A stretch of DNA of 63,047 nucleotides, filler included, from Octopus bimaculoides (GCF_001194135.2; 7 parts of 7 records of this genome joined end to end with filler, not necessarily neighbours in it), one strand, 5' to 3'; positions 1-13,252 are shown, counted from the whole stretch's first letter. The notes: generated by a model from the sequence alone, not told the origin. Translations and numbers: made by a program.

Positions 1-240
1 GCTTGTGCGGGTGGCACATAAAAGACACCATTTCGAGCGTGGCCGTTTTCGTGCGGGTGACACGTAAAAGCACCCACTACACTCTCTGAGTGTTTGGCGT
101 TAGGAAGGGCATCCAGCTGTAGAAACTCTGCCAAATCAGACTGGAGCCTGGTGTTGCCATCCGGTTTCACCAGTCGTCAGTCAAATCGTCCAACCCATGC
201 TAGCATGGAGGGCGGACGTTAAACGATGATGATGATGATT
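1..240 (+). mobile_element. 3' part of a SINE (or LINE tail) ending in (GAT)n
   Basis: GC-richer unique tract 'ggaagggcatccagctgtagaaac...ccaacccatgctagcatgg...ggacgttaaac' ends in gatgatgatg. Resembles a common cephalopod SINE tail (from recall). The 5' end lies outside the window. Confidence 0.6.
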
Positions 241-387
241 GCCAAAGCAATACAGAACAGCAAAGGATATCAAAAAGAGTGACTTTAAACTTCACACATA
301 CATGCATACATATATATATACTTGTATGTGTATACATACATACAGACATACATAAAACATACAGGCATACATAAATACATACATACC

Positions 388-480
388 CTGTTGTTGATAT
401 TTTAAGAATTGGCTCTTTCTTTGTTGGCAAGAAATCTTAAAATAAAACTGAACAATGACATACATACATACATACATACA

Positions 481-510
<30 letters not shown>
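388..510 (+). mobile_element. Short retroelement 3' end with (TACA)n tail, copy 1 of 3
   Basis: 'ctgttgttgat...tttct(c)tgttggcaagaaatctt(g)aaataaaactgaa(t)aatgacatacatac' recurs at ~29972-30092 (-) and ~41467-41601 (+). Confidence 0.7.
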
Positions 511-515
<5 letters not shown>

Positions 516-1421
516 GGTGATTGCTCCATCTTCACAAACGATTCTCATCTCCTTGTGCTTCCTTGTTGTCAATGGCATTTCTGACTTTCCATCCATAACC
601 TCTCAGAATGCTATTTAGTTCTGTTACAGACCTGCAAACAAAAGTTGTAACTTATTGTGCATGCCCAACTGGTTAAGTCTGCACATGTTGCCACTCTTCC
701 ATCACCATAGGACCTTCAGTGCATGAAATAACAAATGAAGTCACCAAAAAGAGACATCTGTATGTTATTAGATTATAGTGATAAACAATGTACAACTCAT
801 ATACACATACACACAGAGATATAAGCATACATATACTGCTTTAGAAACCATATCGTGCAACTAGGAAGACCTTGGGGATGTTTTGGGGCAGCTTCTGATT
901 TATAAATATATCGTCTTACACAAATATGATAATCAATATTTACTATTGTAACTTGGGAGTTTAACCTTTCTATGACCATAGTTCCGATAAAATACACTTT
1001 CCTATATGCTACAGTTAGTTTTGAAAATAATCAAAAACTTTGAGAGATTTAGTAAAATAATTAACTTCATAATTATAAAGTTGGCTTTTTGGAACATAGA
1101 AGAGATTCATGTGTAAAATATTAAGTAAGGTTTATGTTATTATATGAGTTCTTTAAGACAGGAAGGTTTGCATCATAGAACCAGGAAGAGTATGGATAAA
1201 TTGTTTGAAAATGGTTAAGCACTTAATCTTCCTTTTTTGTTAAACAGATATTTTGTATTCTATTTCCTGTTCATAGATTCCATTAATATAGCTTTTAAAA
1301 TGTGACATGTTTTAACAGTCATGAGTTGAAGTATATAATTTCACAAACATAGATATAATAAGCATTTTTCTATATTCATAAAAAAGCATACACCTTATAT
1401 ATATATATATANNNNNNNNNN

Positions 1422-1795
1422 CTTCTTCCCAATGTTCAACAAGATTTTCAATACCTCATTGGTAGAAATCCCCCGATTTTGACTCGAAAAATTCATCCAA
1501 CCAAGCTGTCAATTCTGCATCAGTATTGAACGAAACTCTGCGCATAGCATTTGAAAGAGATCGAAAGAGGTGGAAATCCATTGGTGCCAAATCAGGAGAA
1601 TACGGTAGGTGTAGCAGTACTTCCCAGCCATGCATTTGAATGGCTTCCTTGGTCATATTGGCGATATGAGGGCAGGCGTTGTTGTGCAGCAAAAGAACTC
1701 CATGCTGCCAATTAGGTCTTTTCTTTTGAATAGCTGTGTTGAGTCGTTCCATCTGTTGAACATAGAGTTCTGCATTGTCCGTTTGGTTCCACAAC
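1422..1795 (-). pseudogene. Mariner (DD34D) transposase C-terminal fragment
   Basis: ORF 1456-1821 contains LLLHNNACPH and HLPYSPDLAPMDFHLFRSL, matching the mariner HDNARPH and YSPDLAPSD motifs. It continues past a stop as GIENLVEHWEE and is cut by a gap. Confidence 0.9.
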
Positions 1796-1851
1796 ATAAT
1801 GATATGAGTTACATAACCCACAATATTCCCATTCTGATGTTAGTTAGGTTA

Positions 1852-2180
1852 TGTAATTGTAAAAAGAAATTTGAATGAGCACTAGGATATAAATGCCTGA
1901 CCAAAAACATTGTATGTAAATATAATGTTAAAACTAATCTTTGTACTTTCACTTATGTAGGTTCCACTTCTTCCATTTTAAAATCAAAAATACATATTCC
2001 TCTTTATACATTTTGAAGGAAAGATAATGTGAAAGCAACATTGCTCTCCATGAAAGTCTGGGAATTAAAGAACAAAGATTTTGATTTTCATCTAATGAGG
2101 AACATCCCTAGACATGCTAAGTCTTTTGTAAGTGATAGATGTGGTTGCAATCTCTACAGTTTAGAATTGTTGAAATACTA
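1852..2180 (+). pseudogene. Penelope-like element GIY-YIG endonuclease remnant
   Basis: One frame reads CNCKKKFE*ALGYKCLTKNIVCKYNVKT..TYVGSTSS...F*RKDNVKATLLSMKVWELKNKDF...HAKSF...CGCNL. Motif order matches the PLE endonuclease (CNC..C, VVY, YIG, T.LS..W.LK, C.LC). Confidence 0.75.
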
Positions 2181-2299
2181 AAATGTATATGTGATTTTAT
2201 TAGTAGATCAGATTAATTAAGGATCATTTCCCCACAATCTAGCTGTTGAACTTTCTGATATTTTAAATTAATTGTGTGAAATCTTCCCTGAGTGCTAAA

Positions 2300-3300
2300 T
2301 ATGTATCTATAACTTTATGACATAGACCTTAATTACTAGTAATAAAATTTATGGATAATATTTAGGTAGCCTAGTGTATCTTAATACTACTAATACGTAT
2401 AACTGATCAGGTTTAAGCTACCTTTGCTTAGCCTTAGTTCTAACTTCCATGTAATCCATATTTTATATGATTTAATTTAATAACTTTATTCAATATGATT
2501 CTAGCCTTTTTATTCTTGCTTCGTTCTCCCTAGTTATGGCCTTTATAATTCTTTACAATTCATTATTATCCTATAAATTCTTTTAACATTTATTAATATT
2601 TTTGGCCTTTATAATTCTTATAAATTCTTTTAACATTTTCTCATTACTCTCCATAATTTAAAATTATTATAGTAGTGATTTAATTATTTATTGAACCTGT
2701 ATGATTTTAATTGATTTGCTTTATTCAAAACAATGTTATGATGATTTTAGTTCATAAAAATGTTATGATTCATATTTTTTTCAATTTTTTTTTATTGAGA
2801 ATATCATTTCAGTCTTTTCCTCTCTATTGTTTCTAGCCTTTCAACTTGTAACTTCATTACAGATAAATAACTGATCTCTATAAATTAAATAATTGATCTC
2901 TATACATTAAACATAAGTTTAAAAACAAGTTTAGAATAGAAATGCCTTTAACTGTTCTCTAATTTACAATATCATTCTGCAATCCACACTCATGATTGAA
3001 AGATTGAAGTCTCACCCACTTCCCATTTCTTAAATATTGGTAATTCTGATTAGAAATTTTACTTCTTGATAATCTATTGATTAATCAACATCTCACTGCT
3101 CATTTACTTATTTGGTAAGCCTGATGTGTTGAGGGTTTTGTAATGCATAACATAATCTTATGGATGTTGTGCATACTGCATACCTGACTGTATTATGTTT
3201 ATGATGTAATAAAGATTCTTAATGAAACAACTTTAGAAGTCCCAGAGAAACCATTCATTTGTTTTTATTATGTTTTTGCATCATGTTTAAGGTTCCCTTC
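2300..3300 (-). mobile_element. Heavily degraded Penelope-like remnant (thumb-linker-EN)
   Basis: Minus-strand fragments NPQHIR..LP, SSEMLINQ, RHFYSKLVFKLMFN and LNHIKY/ITWKL lie in PLE motif order, with many stops and frameshifts. Confidence 0.4.
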
Positions 3301-4247
3301 ATTGCTGGATACTTTTGGATACTATTTTCTTTCCTTGATGCCTTCCATGTTATGATAATAGATTACTTAACTGTCTGATTTGTTAATCTGTCTTGCCTTT
3401 AAATGTGCTGAAAGAAGCCTGTTGTAAATATATTGTACCCTTTATTGGTTTTTATATATTAGACAGTCAGGCCACAATCTAGTCAACAAATGTACTGAAC
3501 ATCTATCAGATAGCCACTTCCAAAAGGTACTCCTGCTGTCCACCACTTTTGCTCAACCAACCACTTCACCCAACACCTCACAGTGTTCAGCCTGGCCTTA
3601 CACCATGGATCTACCACAACTAGTCTTTGTAAGTCATTATGAATTCATATGCCATTTGGATTTCACATTACATCCTCTTTCTTGTAACAGCTTCCGACTT
3701 CCATCTCTCTCACCAATTTCATTCTCCTATCCTTTGCTTTTCCCCTTCTTTGCTTATCTTCCACACACATTCACACACTTACATACATAACTCAACCCCC
3801 CACACATACATACATACAACATACATATCTACTGTACGCACGTATACACATGCACACACACACACACACACACACATACATACACATACATTTTTAAATG
3901 TAATCATCACACATACGAAAAAACTCCTCACATATACCAACACACACGTCCATACACACACTCATACACATGTACACGAGACGCATATACATGTATGTAC
4001 ATACGCTCACATGCATACACATTCCTACGCACACACAAATATATGTACACAGTGAAACACATGCACTCACACATGCATCACTTGGCCTTTCAACCCCACA
4101 TCCTATAGCTACCAACCTGTTAGATCTACACTCTCACATACATACACATTCATATAAACACACACACACACATGCTCACATAAACACACGCACATACTAC
4201 TATCCTGTGCGGCACTCCCTACTATACAAATACACAACTTACAACCT

Positions 4248-4280
<33 letters not shown>

Positions 4281-4516
4281 NNNNNNNNNNNNNNNNNNNN
4301 NNNNNNNNNNNNNNNNNNNNNNNNNNNNNNNNNNNNNNNNNCATTCACTATCTCTCTCCAACTTTTTCCTGTTCTCTGAACTTTTTCCTCTCTCCAATGA
4401 ACATACTCAAAATAGTTTTCACTGAGTAGCAATCTAATATATTCGTTGTGTACATCCGATTGAATTTTGTTGCTTCCCTGTTTTTCATTCTTGGATTCCC
4501 CACCCCACCCCACCTC

Positions 4517-4586
<70 letters not shown>

Positions 4587-4994
4587 TACATACATATGTG
4601 TGTATGCGTGCATTTGTGTGTAGTTCAATCCCAGTCTTCCACGAAAAAAAAAAATCAAACATGTCAAGCCATGCTGAAATATTATCTTACTTGGAAATAG
4701 ATGAAGGTTGGAGACAGAAGACCTCCCTCAACAAATTCGATCTCAGCGAAGCAAACATAGAAAGGTAGACATCAAACAATGATGATGAAATATATATTAG
4801 AGGAAGAGAAGGAGAGGAGGGATACACATGTGAGAAACAGAAGGGAAGAGGTGAAGAAAGGAAAGGAAGACCAAGAAAGAGAAGATGGAGGAGAGGTGGG
4901 ATATCCATATGAGAGAGAAAGAAAGGAGAGAGAGACAGTATGGAGTAGGAGATACCAGTGTATGTGAGATGATGGATGAATGATCAGTAGATTG

Positions 4995-5170
4995 ACATTG
5001 TTGTTGGTTGTTTAGCTCCAGATCAGCCTTCATCCAACAATATTATGATCAAAGACATTCCCATGACTATCCTGTATTTTTAAGATTGTATCAGGGACTA
5101 AATAAATTGTCCATGTGTTGATTTAAGTCAGTGTATGATTTGACGGAGATTTGGCAGCTATAACCAGGAA
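4995..5170 (-). mobile_element. SINE-like fragment ('agaaatagcagccaaatctcc' family)
   Basis: 'gagatttggcagctata' is the reverse complement of the motif at 6225-6262 (+) and resembles 55105-55125 and 60590-60605. Has a (AAC)n-type tail. Confidence 0.5.
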
Positions 5171-5678
5171 GTGACCTTTTAACCCATTATGAATATTATG
5201 TTCTTTGTGAAGATCTTAAAATCTACCTAGCTAAAGACGTGGTTTACCATAGCTAGCAGTTGAATCATATGTGTTTTGTTTTTGTCACATTCCAAAGAGT
5301 TGCAGTAATATAACTAGCTCAGTAATAATTACTTGATAGAGATTACTGATCTTCAGCTTCTTATTTAATCTTGTTCCCTAGCATTCTCTTCCAGATATTC
5401 ATAAATACATTAATATATAAATGCTCTTGAGGATGATACAATATTGTCGGAGCATGTGCCTGTGGTGAATGAGTTATATTTCTGGATAGGTACATAAATT
5501 TACTTTTATTAAATGAATAAAATGTTTTATAAATATCAGAAAAATATAGGAGCATAATGATTTAAAAATTGTGTATATGTAAACATAATTAAGTGAATAT
5601 ATTCTATGTATTATATACAGTGTGTACTTTATATTTGCTATGTACACACACACACACATATAAATATATGTACATATA

Positions 5679-5709
<31 letters not shown>

Positions 5710-6631
5710 NNNNNNNNNNNNNNNNNNNNNNNNNNNNNNNNNNNNNNNNNNNNNNNNNNNNNNNNNNNNNNNNNNNNNNNNNNNNNNNNNNNNNNNNNNN
5801 NNNNNNNNNNNNNNNNNNNNNNNNNNNNNNNNNNNNNNNNNNNNNNNNNNNNNNNNNNNNNNNNNNNNNNNNNNNNNNNNNNNNNNNNNNNNNNNNNNNN
5901 NNNNNNNNNNNNNNNNNNNNNNNNNNNNNNNNNNNNNNNNNNNNNNNNNNNNNNNNNNNNNNNNNNNNNNNNNNNNNNNNNNNNNNNNNNNNNNNNNNNN
6001 NNNNNNNNNNNNNNNNNNNNNNNNNNNNNNNNNNNNNNNNNNNNNNNNNNNNNNNNNNNNNNNNNNNNNNNNNNNNNNNNNNNNNNNNNNNNNNNNNNNN
6101 NNNNNNNNNNNNNNNNNNNNNNNNNNNNNNNNNNNNNNNNNNNTTATGAAAAAGATTATGTTAAATTTTTGAAATGCAAATATGTGAATGAAAATTAAGT
6201 TCAGACCTCTACATGGTAGGTAGACCTGGTAGAAATAGCAGCCAAATCTCCCTCAAAACACTCTACTGTCTTAAGCCAACAATTCTGCCTATTATGTAGT
6301 TTGAATGAGAAACTGTAACTAAAGATTAAGAGGTGAAAGAAGAGAGACAGCATAGCAAAAGTTTTGGTTGACTGTCATCTTGTACTCCCCTTGTTCCTAG
6401 CGAAATGGTATATGCCGGCTGTATGAGTAACTGATTGTTTTAATGGCGGAACAAACAGGGGAATTCCATTAGAAAAAAATTTTAAAATACAAACTGCATT
6501 CCAATCTATGCACTCATCTCCACATATATGCCATTTTCCACGCGAATCTACCCAGCCGTTTGGCTGTGAACCTCAAGACAAGAAAGAATACAACGATCGC
6601 CCATGTCCAATATGTATTATAGATATATATA

Positions 6632-6870
6632 TATTGGGTGTGCAACTAAGTTTCTGTCGTTTTTTAAATTTTGGAATTTATTGCATTTTTAAATCTATTT
6701 TTTTCAAGAATTCTATTTTTGAATCATTTTGGAATCTATTTTGTTTTTTTCTAGTTAATTTTAGTTGACTTTTGTTTATTTTCAGATTATTAAAATGGAA
6801 TGTCAACTTAAGAAAAACGAGCATTTTCAACACCTCCTTCTTTTTGCTTTTAATCAAGGTTCTCGCCGCC
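6632..6870 (+). mobile_element. Mariner 5' end (TIR plus transposase N-terminus)
   Basis: TA then TIR-like 'ttgggtgtgcaactaagtttctgtcg'. ATG at 6795 gives MECQLKKNEHFQHLLLFAFNQGS, a mariner HTH start, then truncates. Confidence 0.8.
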
Positions 6871-7173
6871 TTACATACACAACAATATTATGTAAATATC
6901 AGACTTAGTATTCAAGTACGGGTCGAATGATATTCTTGCAGTGTATGTAGACAATTAGAATTTGCTGAGTGAAGAAATCTGCTCTTGAGCTATTCAGACA
7001 TTATATTAAATATATGGTCCATAATATTTACAAAAGGCAGATTCTGAGACAGGTGAATAAAATATACATGAGGAACAGTAGAGGTACAGGTGTCAATTCA
7101 TTATGGGCATTTCTAACGACTCCTTTAATTGATTAATGAAAACATTACATTGTAGCGTATGCTTGAAGGGAAA

Positions 7174-7221
<48 letters not shown>

Positions 7222-7714
7222 ATATATACATAAACACGGCCGTAGTAGATAACAGCTAGCCTTCGGCCGCCCTTTAGGACTCTGTTGTGTCCACTACTCT
7301 GATTGGTTGGTATTGGCACAATTTGTCTCTTGCTCAATTGCGCGCCAAGATGCCACCCAACCAATCGCAGCCTTCTGATAAGGCCATGTGAGACAGTCTC
7401 TTCTAAACCTCAGTTTGTGCCGACTGCACCGTATAAAACGCTAGCTTCACACTGTCTCGAAGTCTTTCGGTTCCAGGCCTTTTGAGGTCTACCCACTGAC
7501 CACACAAGACACAGCCAGTTCCAGCGACAACTTAACAGCAGCCACATGGAGACTCATCAACACTTGTCCAACAGCATACGGCAATTTCCATCTTTGTCGC
7601 CTCCATCTTCTTAACGTCGTCAACATCGTCTCTCTACGTACACAGCAACCAGCAACACTCGCATAGGGTCTGTCTCCACACTGTTTGTGAATTACTTCAC
7701 CATGGTTAGCAGCA

Positions 7715-8170
7715 AATACGACCTGCGAGAATTCCTCGCGCACAAGCTGATGAATTTTCTTCACATTTCCAGGCATGATGCTTGTGGCAGGTCTTCGAGG
7801 TCGCTCATCGTCTTACTGGGACGTTCTCCTTTTGAAGCACCCATGCCACTTGAAACAACCCATTGCCTTGTCACCATCAGCTTGCTGAAGCATGCTCAAT
7901 GTCTCTGTAGCCGACTTCTCAAGTTTAACTTAAAATTTCACGTTGGCTCTTTGTTCCAACTTCCGGTCAATGACAAAATTCGCAGACTACAACATACAAG
8001 TGATCACAAAAATACAAATTTCACAACTTGCTAAGTAAACACAGTGATGCCACTTGGCACACTGCCTCATGAAAGTTAATGCTAGCTCTCTCACTGCACA
8101 TGCATCCATGTGCAACCATCTGTTGGCATGCTACAGAACTAGGCCAGGAGCTTTTTGAAACCACCTTGTA
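7715..8170 (-). mobile_element. Mariner (irritans-like) 5' remnant
   Basis: TIR 'tacaaggtggtttcaaaaagctcctggcc' at 8142-8170. Translation EQRANVKF*VKLEKSATETLSMLQQA.GDKAM..FKWH..FK..DDERPRRP. Confidence 0.8.
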
Positions 8171-8677
8171 ACTTGGCTGTTATATCTGACAATTTAACTA
8201 ATCACATTGTGGCTGCTATTGTTGATGTTGATATTAATGTAATTGCTATTGTTGTTCTTGTTGTAGTGGTTGCTACCATTGTTGATGTCGTTCTTACTGT
8301 TTTTGTTTATGTAGTTACTACTGCTGTTGGTGTTATAGTTGCTAATGCTGCTGCTGTTGTCGTGGTAGTCACTATTATAATTGTAGTTGCTTGCTATTGG
8401 CATTGATGATTTTTGTTTCAGCTGGTAATTTTGGTTTTAGCTGTTGGTGGTGGTGTTGTTACCATGTTACTATTTCCCAAACCTATGTGTAAACAAACTG
8501 TCTGACTTATAAATAGAAATTATACAAAACGGAATTGAGTTTTATTTATTTATGAATTATTTCAGTCTATTCACTTTACTACACAACTAGAATATATTTT
8601 AGATATGTGTGTGTGTTTGCATATGAATACATATATGTATGAACACACACACACACACACATACAAATATATATATA

Positions 8678-8888
8678 TAATGACATTAATGAAAATCAGG
8701 AGAATGGAGATTTGCACATCCATATATATTATTATACAGTTATTTACATCATTCTTCAATTAGACCTCCGCACGTTTCAGCTGCAAACCATTGCATACTT
8801 CTAAGTGTGTATCTTGATGTTAACTATTGGTGCAGCTTCTTCAGGGTAATTTTTTACTGCTGTTCGAATGTCATCTGAAGAAACTATG
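8678..8888 (-). repeat. Inverted copy of the Penelope 3' pseudo-LTR (partner at 10877-10962 plus 13253-13338)
   Basis: The reverse complement of 8801-8888 matches 10877-10962, and that of 8678-8765 matches 13253-13338. Contains a degenerate hammerhead motif. Confidence 0.85.
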
Positions 8889-9337
8889 ATATAAAGAGAA
8901 ATCAAAATTCAAAAAATAAATAAATAATAGAGATGTTGGAAAAGAAGATAATAAGAAAAACAATAATAACAGTGATGGTGGTACACTATTCAGAGTAATT
9001 AAAAATAGTTAGGACAAAAATAATATAAGGATAAATAAAGATAGGAAAATTGAAAAATTGGATAATAACCATAGAATACTATGTAAAGTGAGGAATAATA
9101 ATGATTTTAATAAAATGGAGCCATATAAACTAATAAGAAATCCTAATAGTAATAGAAACTTTAGTATAAAGTGCCCTAACAGAGCAGATAATAAATATGT
9201 AAACCTGCCTATTAAAAATACAAAAATAAATAGCGAATATGATGTAAAGAAAACCTAATATGCTAACCAGAGAAACAGGATAAATACCCTTAATATGAAC
9301 AAGAAAAAATTCTCTAGAAGTAAATTATATGATAATA

Positions 9338-10129
9338 TGGAATGGTATTTTATTCCCCTCGGTAAGCAAATCATTTCCAACATTCCAAAGTTATTCTAGT
9401 CAGCAGTAGAAAAACACTTTCCAAAAAATAGTAGGTATTATCCGATTTTTAACAAGCACAAAATTAGAAAAGCATTTTCCAATAGTAGAAACCTAGCACA
9501 AATTATTGCAGCACAGAATGCGAAGAGATTAAATAATTTCTATGAGAATGATATTGATTATAACCAGAACATAAATAGTAACTTAATATCAACTGTAATG
9601 AAATAAGCATTATTGATAAATATAATATCATGAGAAATAGCTACAATAAAGGAAACAATACAAGGGAAGCAACTTATAATAATCCGAGGACGGGACTAGA
9701 GAGAGAAGGCATGAATGCTAGAAAGTGCAGCATCGGGAAAGTAAGTGATGAAAATAAAGCTAATAACGAAACATATAGCAATAAGGGAATTAATGCAAGG
9801 GAAGTAACAAGTACTAACTCAAACACTATAACAGAAAGCGGTCTCCAAGATGTAAAAAATCAAAATAGTGTAAATAACTTATAATATAGAAAAAATAACC
9901 AAGGAATGTAAATAAAAATAATCAGATAAGAACAGGAGATAATAGAAGAATAAGTAGAGATAAGTATGATTGTGCAAAATGTAAATTATGCCCGTTAAAA
10001 TTAAATTGCGAAATAAAAGATGTGGTCTACAGGTACAAAGTAATTTCAGGACAAGTATATTTCTACATAGGTACTAGTTCTAGTTTCATAAAACGTAGAC
10101 TAGTTAATCACGAACTATTGTTTAGGGAC

Positions 10130-10186
<57 letters not shown>

Positions 10187-10417
10187 TTGAGTTTAAGTAA
10201 ATTAATTTGGTCGCTAAAAGATAATAAAAGAGCATACACAATTAGCTGGAAATTAAGTAGTAGAGCTAAACCGTATTGAGGAAACAAACGTTGTGAATTG
10301 TGTGTTGAAGAAATTTACCAAATTTTTACCTCAAAATTTAATCTGTTAAACCATAGACAAGAACGTGCTTTAAGATGTGTTCATGCATCTAAATATACTT
10401 TTAAGAAGTTTGAGTAA
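9338..10417 (+). pseudogene. Penelope-like element: linker plus GIY-YIG endonuclease, 5'-truncated
   Basis: Linker EWYFIP..KHFPKNSRYYPIFNKHKIRKAFSNSRNLAQIIAAQN. EN from 9971: CAKCKLCPLKLNC..DVVYR..FYIGTSS..KRRLVNH..LSKLIWSLKD..ISWKL..RAKPY*GNKRCELC..LLNHRQE..RCVH, stop at 10415-10417. Confidence 0.9.
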
Positions 10418-10962
10418 ATGCATTACACAAACTACTAGAATTAAGATTAAAATTAGGCAAATTAAAACAAATAACGAACTTGGATTAAGTGAAAACCTCT
10501 ACAAAAATAAAACTATATAAAATTTTAAAAGGGTTGAAGATTAATATTATGTTTAATAAAATTAACTATAAGCAGGATATTTAATTAAATACAATATAAC
10601 AAGAAAATTGTAGATCTATAGATTAATAATTATAAATATAAATAAATAATAAGTCAAAAAGGTAATTGAATACCTTAAAATATAAGAATAGCCTTCTAAA
10701 TTAGTAGGACGGTAAATTAGAATATAATACTTAGGAACATACAGAAACCTTGACCTACTTTAAGACCAAACCCAGCAATAAATACCTAATTGGCCGGGGT
10801 AATCTTCAGGTCATGAGAAATACGACTATTTATAGTAACACTAACACCTCATAAAAGATTCCTATTTGGTCAGTCTCATAGTTTCTTCAGATGATATTTA
10901 AACAGCAGTAAAAAAAAAATGAGGAAGCTGCAGCGATGATTAACACCAAGATGCACACTTAG

Positions 10963-13252
10963 CAGTTCCCAAACCATGCACTGCAGCGCCACAAGATGTA
11001 ATTAGGTGCGCCTCAAAAAAGTACGATTATATTTCAAAATATGAAAAATACAAACCGAAGTACACTAGAAAGTTAATATATAAATGTTAAAATGGTAAAA
11101 AACTAAATACTAAGTTCTAAACTAAGAATGTGAGGTGGTTGTGTCATTCAATTCATTTAGGCTAATTATGGTATGACAATGTTATTCGATTTTGAATGTG
11201 AAATTTCATAAGGATAAGAGCTAAACTAGCATTAATCTATCATCGAAATTGATGTCATATGGACATATTAAGTGCATGACTGTTTCAGTTTATTTTGGTC
11301 GTAGCCTCAGCAGTTTTCATTTCAATAACGAGTGATAATAATGCGAAAGCTCGACCCAATCGTAAATATTGCAATAGTTATTTAAAGTTTGGGATTCATT
11401 GAACTGGCAACGAGGATCAACCTCTTCCATTGTGTGTTGTTTGTCTAACGAAGGCATGTTACCCAGCAAGTTGAAAAGACATTTTACAACTAAGCACTCA
11501 CATCTTCAATGTAAAGATCTGAATTATTTCCAAAGACTGCTAGAACGGCAATCTAAACAAAAAAAACAAACTATTTTGAAAAAAGGATGAATGCTTCTGA
11601 AAAGGTTCAAGTCACGTCTATTGAGACAGCCGGAATGATTGCACTACAAACAAAATCGCATACTTTATCCGAGTCGATTATCTTACCCACTTGTAGAAAG
11701 ATGGTTAAAACCATGTTAGGTGATGAAGCCGAGCAAGAAATAAGCAAGAATCCGCTCTCAAATAATACAATTCATAGGAGAATTATGGATTTACCTGCTG
11801 ATATAGAGGGAAATGTACAGAACAAACTTCAGAACTCAGAATTTGCTCAACAGGCTGACGAATCAACTGACATTAACAACAAAGTACAATTACTTACATT
11901 TATTCGCTTTATTGATGGTAACCAAATCATAAATCAGTTCTTTTGTTGTGAAGAAATGCCACTTACTACAAGAGGACAAGATATTTTTGACATTTTATCT
12001 GCCTACCTCGAAAAATGGAATTTATCCTGGAATTCACGTGTTGGAATATGTACCGATGGGGCACCATCTATGATAAGCTCTATTAAAGGTTTTGTATCGC
12101 TCATACAACAGAAAACTCCTAATGTTATACGTACCCATTTCTTCCTACATAGGGAAGTACTAGTTTCAAAAACAATACCTGATGAGTTAAAGCAAGTATT
12201 AAACCAAGTTTTTTGAAATGGTTAATTATATTAAAAGTAGGCATTTGAAGTGTTGCTTATTGGATATGGATTCTCAGCATAAGCGCTTACCTTTACACAC
12301 AAAAGATAAAGTGCTACATCGCATACATGAACTCCAGAAGGAATTGCATGCATTTTTTTGAAGAAGAAAACATAAACGCGTCTTGGAATATCTACAATGT
12401 GAATTTTGGGTTTCCAAGCTGGAACATTTAACTGAGATATTTGCACAACTTAATAGCGTCAACACGAGTATGCAAGGTAGAGATGAAAACATTCTCACTT
12501 CGACAGATAAGCTGGTTTCATTTAAAAAGAATGTTGTAATTTGGAAAAATAGAGCTGAAGGTAGTAACTTCGAAATATTTCCCTTAATACGTAAAAGCTG
12601 CATAAAAGGAATGACTCCTATTGTATTTGAACATTTGATAAATCTGGAAGAAAAATAAGCTTTTATTTTCCGTCATTGAACACAGAAGAGTATGATTGGG
12701 TTCGAAATCCCTTCATAAAAATTCCATCTAATATTGGTCTGAAAATATGTGAAGAAGAGGAATTGACATCTGTATCCAGTGATCGCAGACTTAAAATCAA
12801 GAATGCTGAGTTACCTATTGATACATTTTGAATTGTTATTATAGAAGAATACACCTCGGTAGCAAAAAAGCTTTATCCATTTTGATGCAGTTTTCTACAG
12901 TTTTCAACCCTCAATAACATCAAATCCAAAAAAAGAGAGAGACTCTGTTGCATCGAAGAAGAAATGAGGGTTTGTTTTTCTCAAATACGTCCCAATATTG
13001 AAAACGTTTCCAAAAAACATCAAGCGCATGTTTCTCATTGATAACTTTGCATGATATATTGAATAAAGAGTAGATAAATGCAATTTTTCTGTATTTTTAA
13101 TTATCTATATGTTACTTCATAGTTTATGCAATTCTGATATGTATAAAACCCCTTTTGAATAAATTTTAGAATTTAAGTACAAAGTATGCCAAAATATTTT
13201 GACTTCTTGAAAGGTGTGCCGTGAGTAAAACAAAGTCTAAGTGGTCACACTA
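10963..13252 (+). mobile_element. hAT DNA transposon, Buster/Charlie (ZBED8/SCAND3-like) type, decayed
   Basis: BED finger (RKY..YLKFG..CCLSNEGMLPSKLKRHFTTKH), QADESTD, ICTDGAPSM, FLHRE and C-terminal EMRVCFSQIRPNIE..KKHQAHVSH*. Split over ORFs 11399-11590, 11587-12216 and 12383-12658. Left end 'cagttcccaaac' and right end 'gtgccgtgag...cacta' are degenerate TIRs. Confidence 0.9.

Noticed and set aside
520-640. Minus-strand AG acceptor followed by an open frame SVTELNSILRGYGWKVRNAIDNKEAQGDENRL*
   Set aside because: No donor or recognisable protein; more likely LINE debris than a host exon.
800-1200. Possible further Penelope remnant on the minus strand (NLPVL, YFIGT..ERLN)
   Set aside because: Only two short motif-like matches in AT-rich sequence.
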